Positions 63,073 through 64,000 of a DNA stretch of 64,000 nt are shown piece after piece. The stretch spans positions 127,844,001 through 127,908,000 of the forward strand of contig OX597814.1 in assembly GCA_951406725.2 (NCBI GenBank). The letters are read 5' to 3'. How positions within the stretch are numbered: the stretch's first letter is position 1; each line of letters begins with the position of its first letter. Under the pieces are notes generated by a model. That model was not told the origin of the DNA. It saw only the letters and a program-made list of their open reading frames with translations, and ran no database searches. The position numbers and the translations under genes are program-made. The stretch comes from Octopus vulgaris. Taxonomy: Eukaryota.

Positions 63073-63638
63073 CATCATCATCATCGTTTAACGTCCACTT
63101 TCCATGCTGGCATGGGTTGGACGGTTTGCCTGAGGGCTGGCAAGCCAGAAGGTTGAACCAGGCCCCAAATCCGATCTGGGAATGTTTCTACAGTTGGATG
63201 CCCTTCCTAACGTTAACCACTCCAAGAGTGTAGTGGGCACATTTTACATGCCACTGGCAAGTGGGCCAGTCAGCCAGTACTGGCAATGACCACACTTGAA
63301 TGGTGCTTTTTAAGTGTCACCAGTACGGGACCAGTCAGCCAGCACTGGCATTGATCATGCTCGAGTGGTGCTTTTTACGGGCCACTGGCATGGGTACTGT
63401 CATCGGCCATGACAACAACTTCACTTGCTTCAACAGGTCTTCACAAGCACAGTTTATTGCCCAATGAGTGAAGGGTACTCTTAAATGGGCTGGTTATGCT
63501 GCACTGGCATAGGCCACGGTTATGGTCTCACTTAGCTTGCTGGGTCTTCTCAATCACAGCATATCTCCAAAGGTCTCGATTACTTATCATCGCCTTAGTG
63601 AGGTCCAACGTTCAAAGGTCATGCTTCACCACATCCCA
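63073..63638 (-). mobile_element. RTE LINE 3' end fragment
   Basis: catcatcgtttaacgtcc tail and WDVVKHDL end. Confidence 0.82.
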
Positions 63639-63746
63639 TAAATATATATATTTATATTGATTCTAGAGCCTAGTGAGACATCCATGAGGTTAAGGTCTTT
63701 GTGGGTGCTAAACCACTGGTCACTCTATGACCAAACATAAACTTTA

Positions 63747-63785
<39 letters not shown>

Positions 63786-64000
63786 AAAGGATGCGTGATA
63801 ACACCATTCCATATATACAAAAACAGCCATTCTGACAATCCAACATACCTCCATGATCAGCTGCTCCATGGATATCATTTGGTTTTGACACCCATGCAGT
63901 ACCATTCAATCTGGCAATGTCAACGGCACTAAAAGGAGTGTTGTTTGGGAACAAGCATACCAATATATATACACACACACATATGCATACATATATATTA

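Noticed and set aside
63783-63960. TA-flanked complex segment with a minus-strand open frame
   Set aside because: No recognisable domain or splice signals, and it lies at the window edge.

Overview
AT-rich, repeat-dense animal genomic DNA. The SINE/RTE repertoire suggests an octopus (inference from recalled repeat families). Bases 1469-45760 (+) hold 19 coding exons of a HOIP/RNF31 (LUBAC catalytic subunit) homologue with PUB, B-box, NZF, UBA, RING1-IBR-RING2 and LDD domains. The exons have GT-AG borders with consistent phases and total 3510 nt including the stop; the first exon(s) probably lie upstream of the window. Intron 7 contains a sense-oriented Ty3/Gypsy-type LTR element (17855-21778) with open gag and pol frames, a G-GGA-AAC -1 frameshift site, an in-frame deletion of the RT core, and a non-canonical primer-binding site that is the exact complement of the first 12 nt of tRNA-Phe rather than a tRNA 3' end. 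The rest is RTE LINE fragments (PHD-like finger inside ORF2), CR1/L2 fragments, three tRNA-SINE families, Penelope-like fragments with minimal hammerhead cores, a tRNA-headed hammerhead element, a non-autonomous Helitron, piggyBac and hAT MITEs, decayed hAT and Tc1/mariner transposases, and microsatellites. All alignments were done by eye; no database searches were run.
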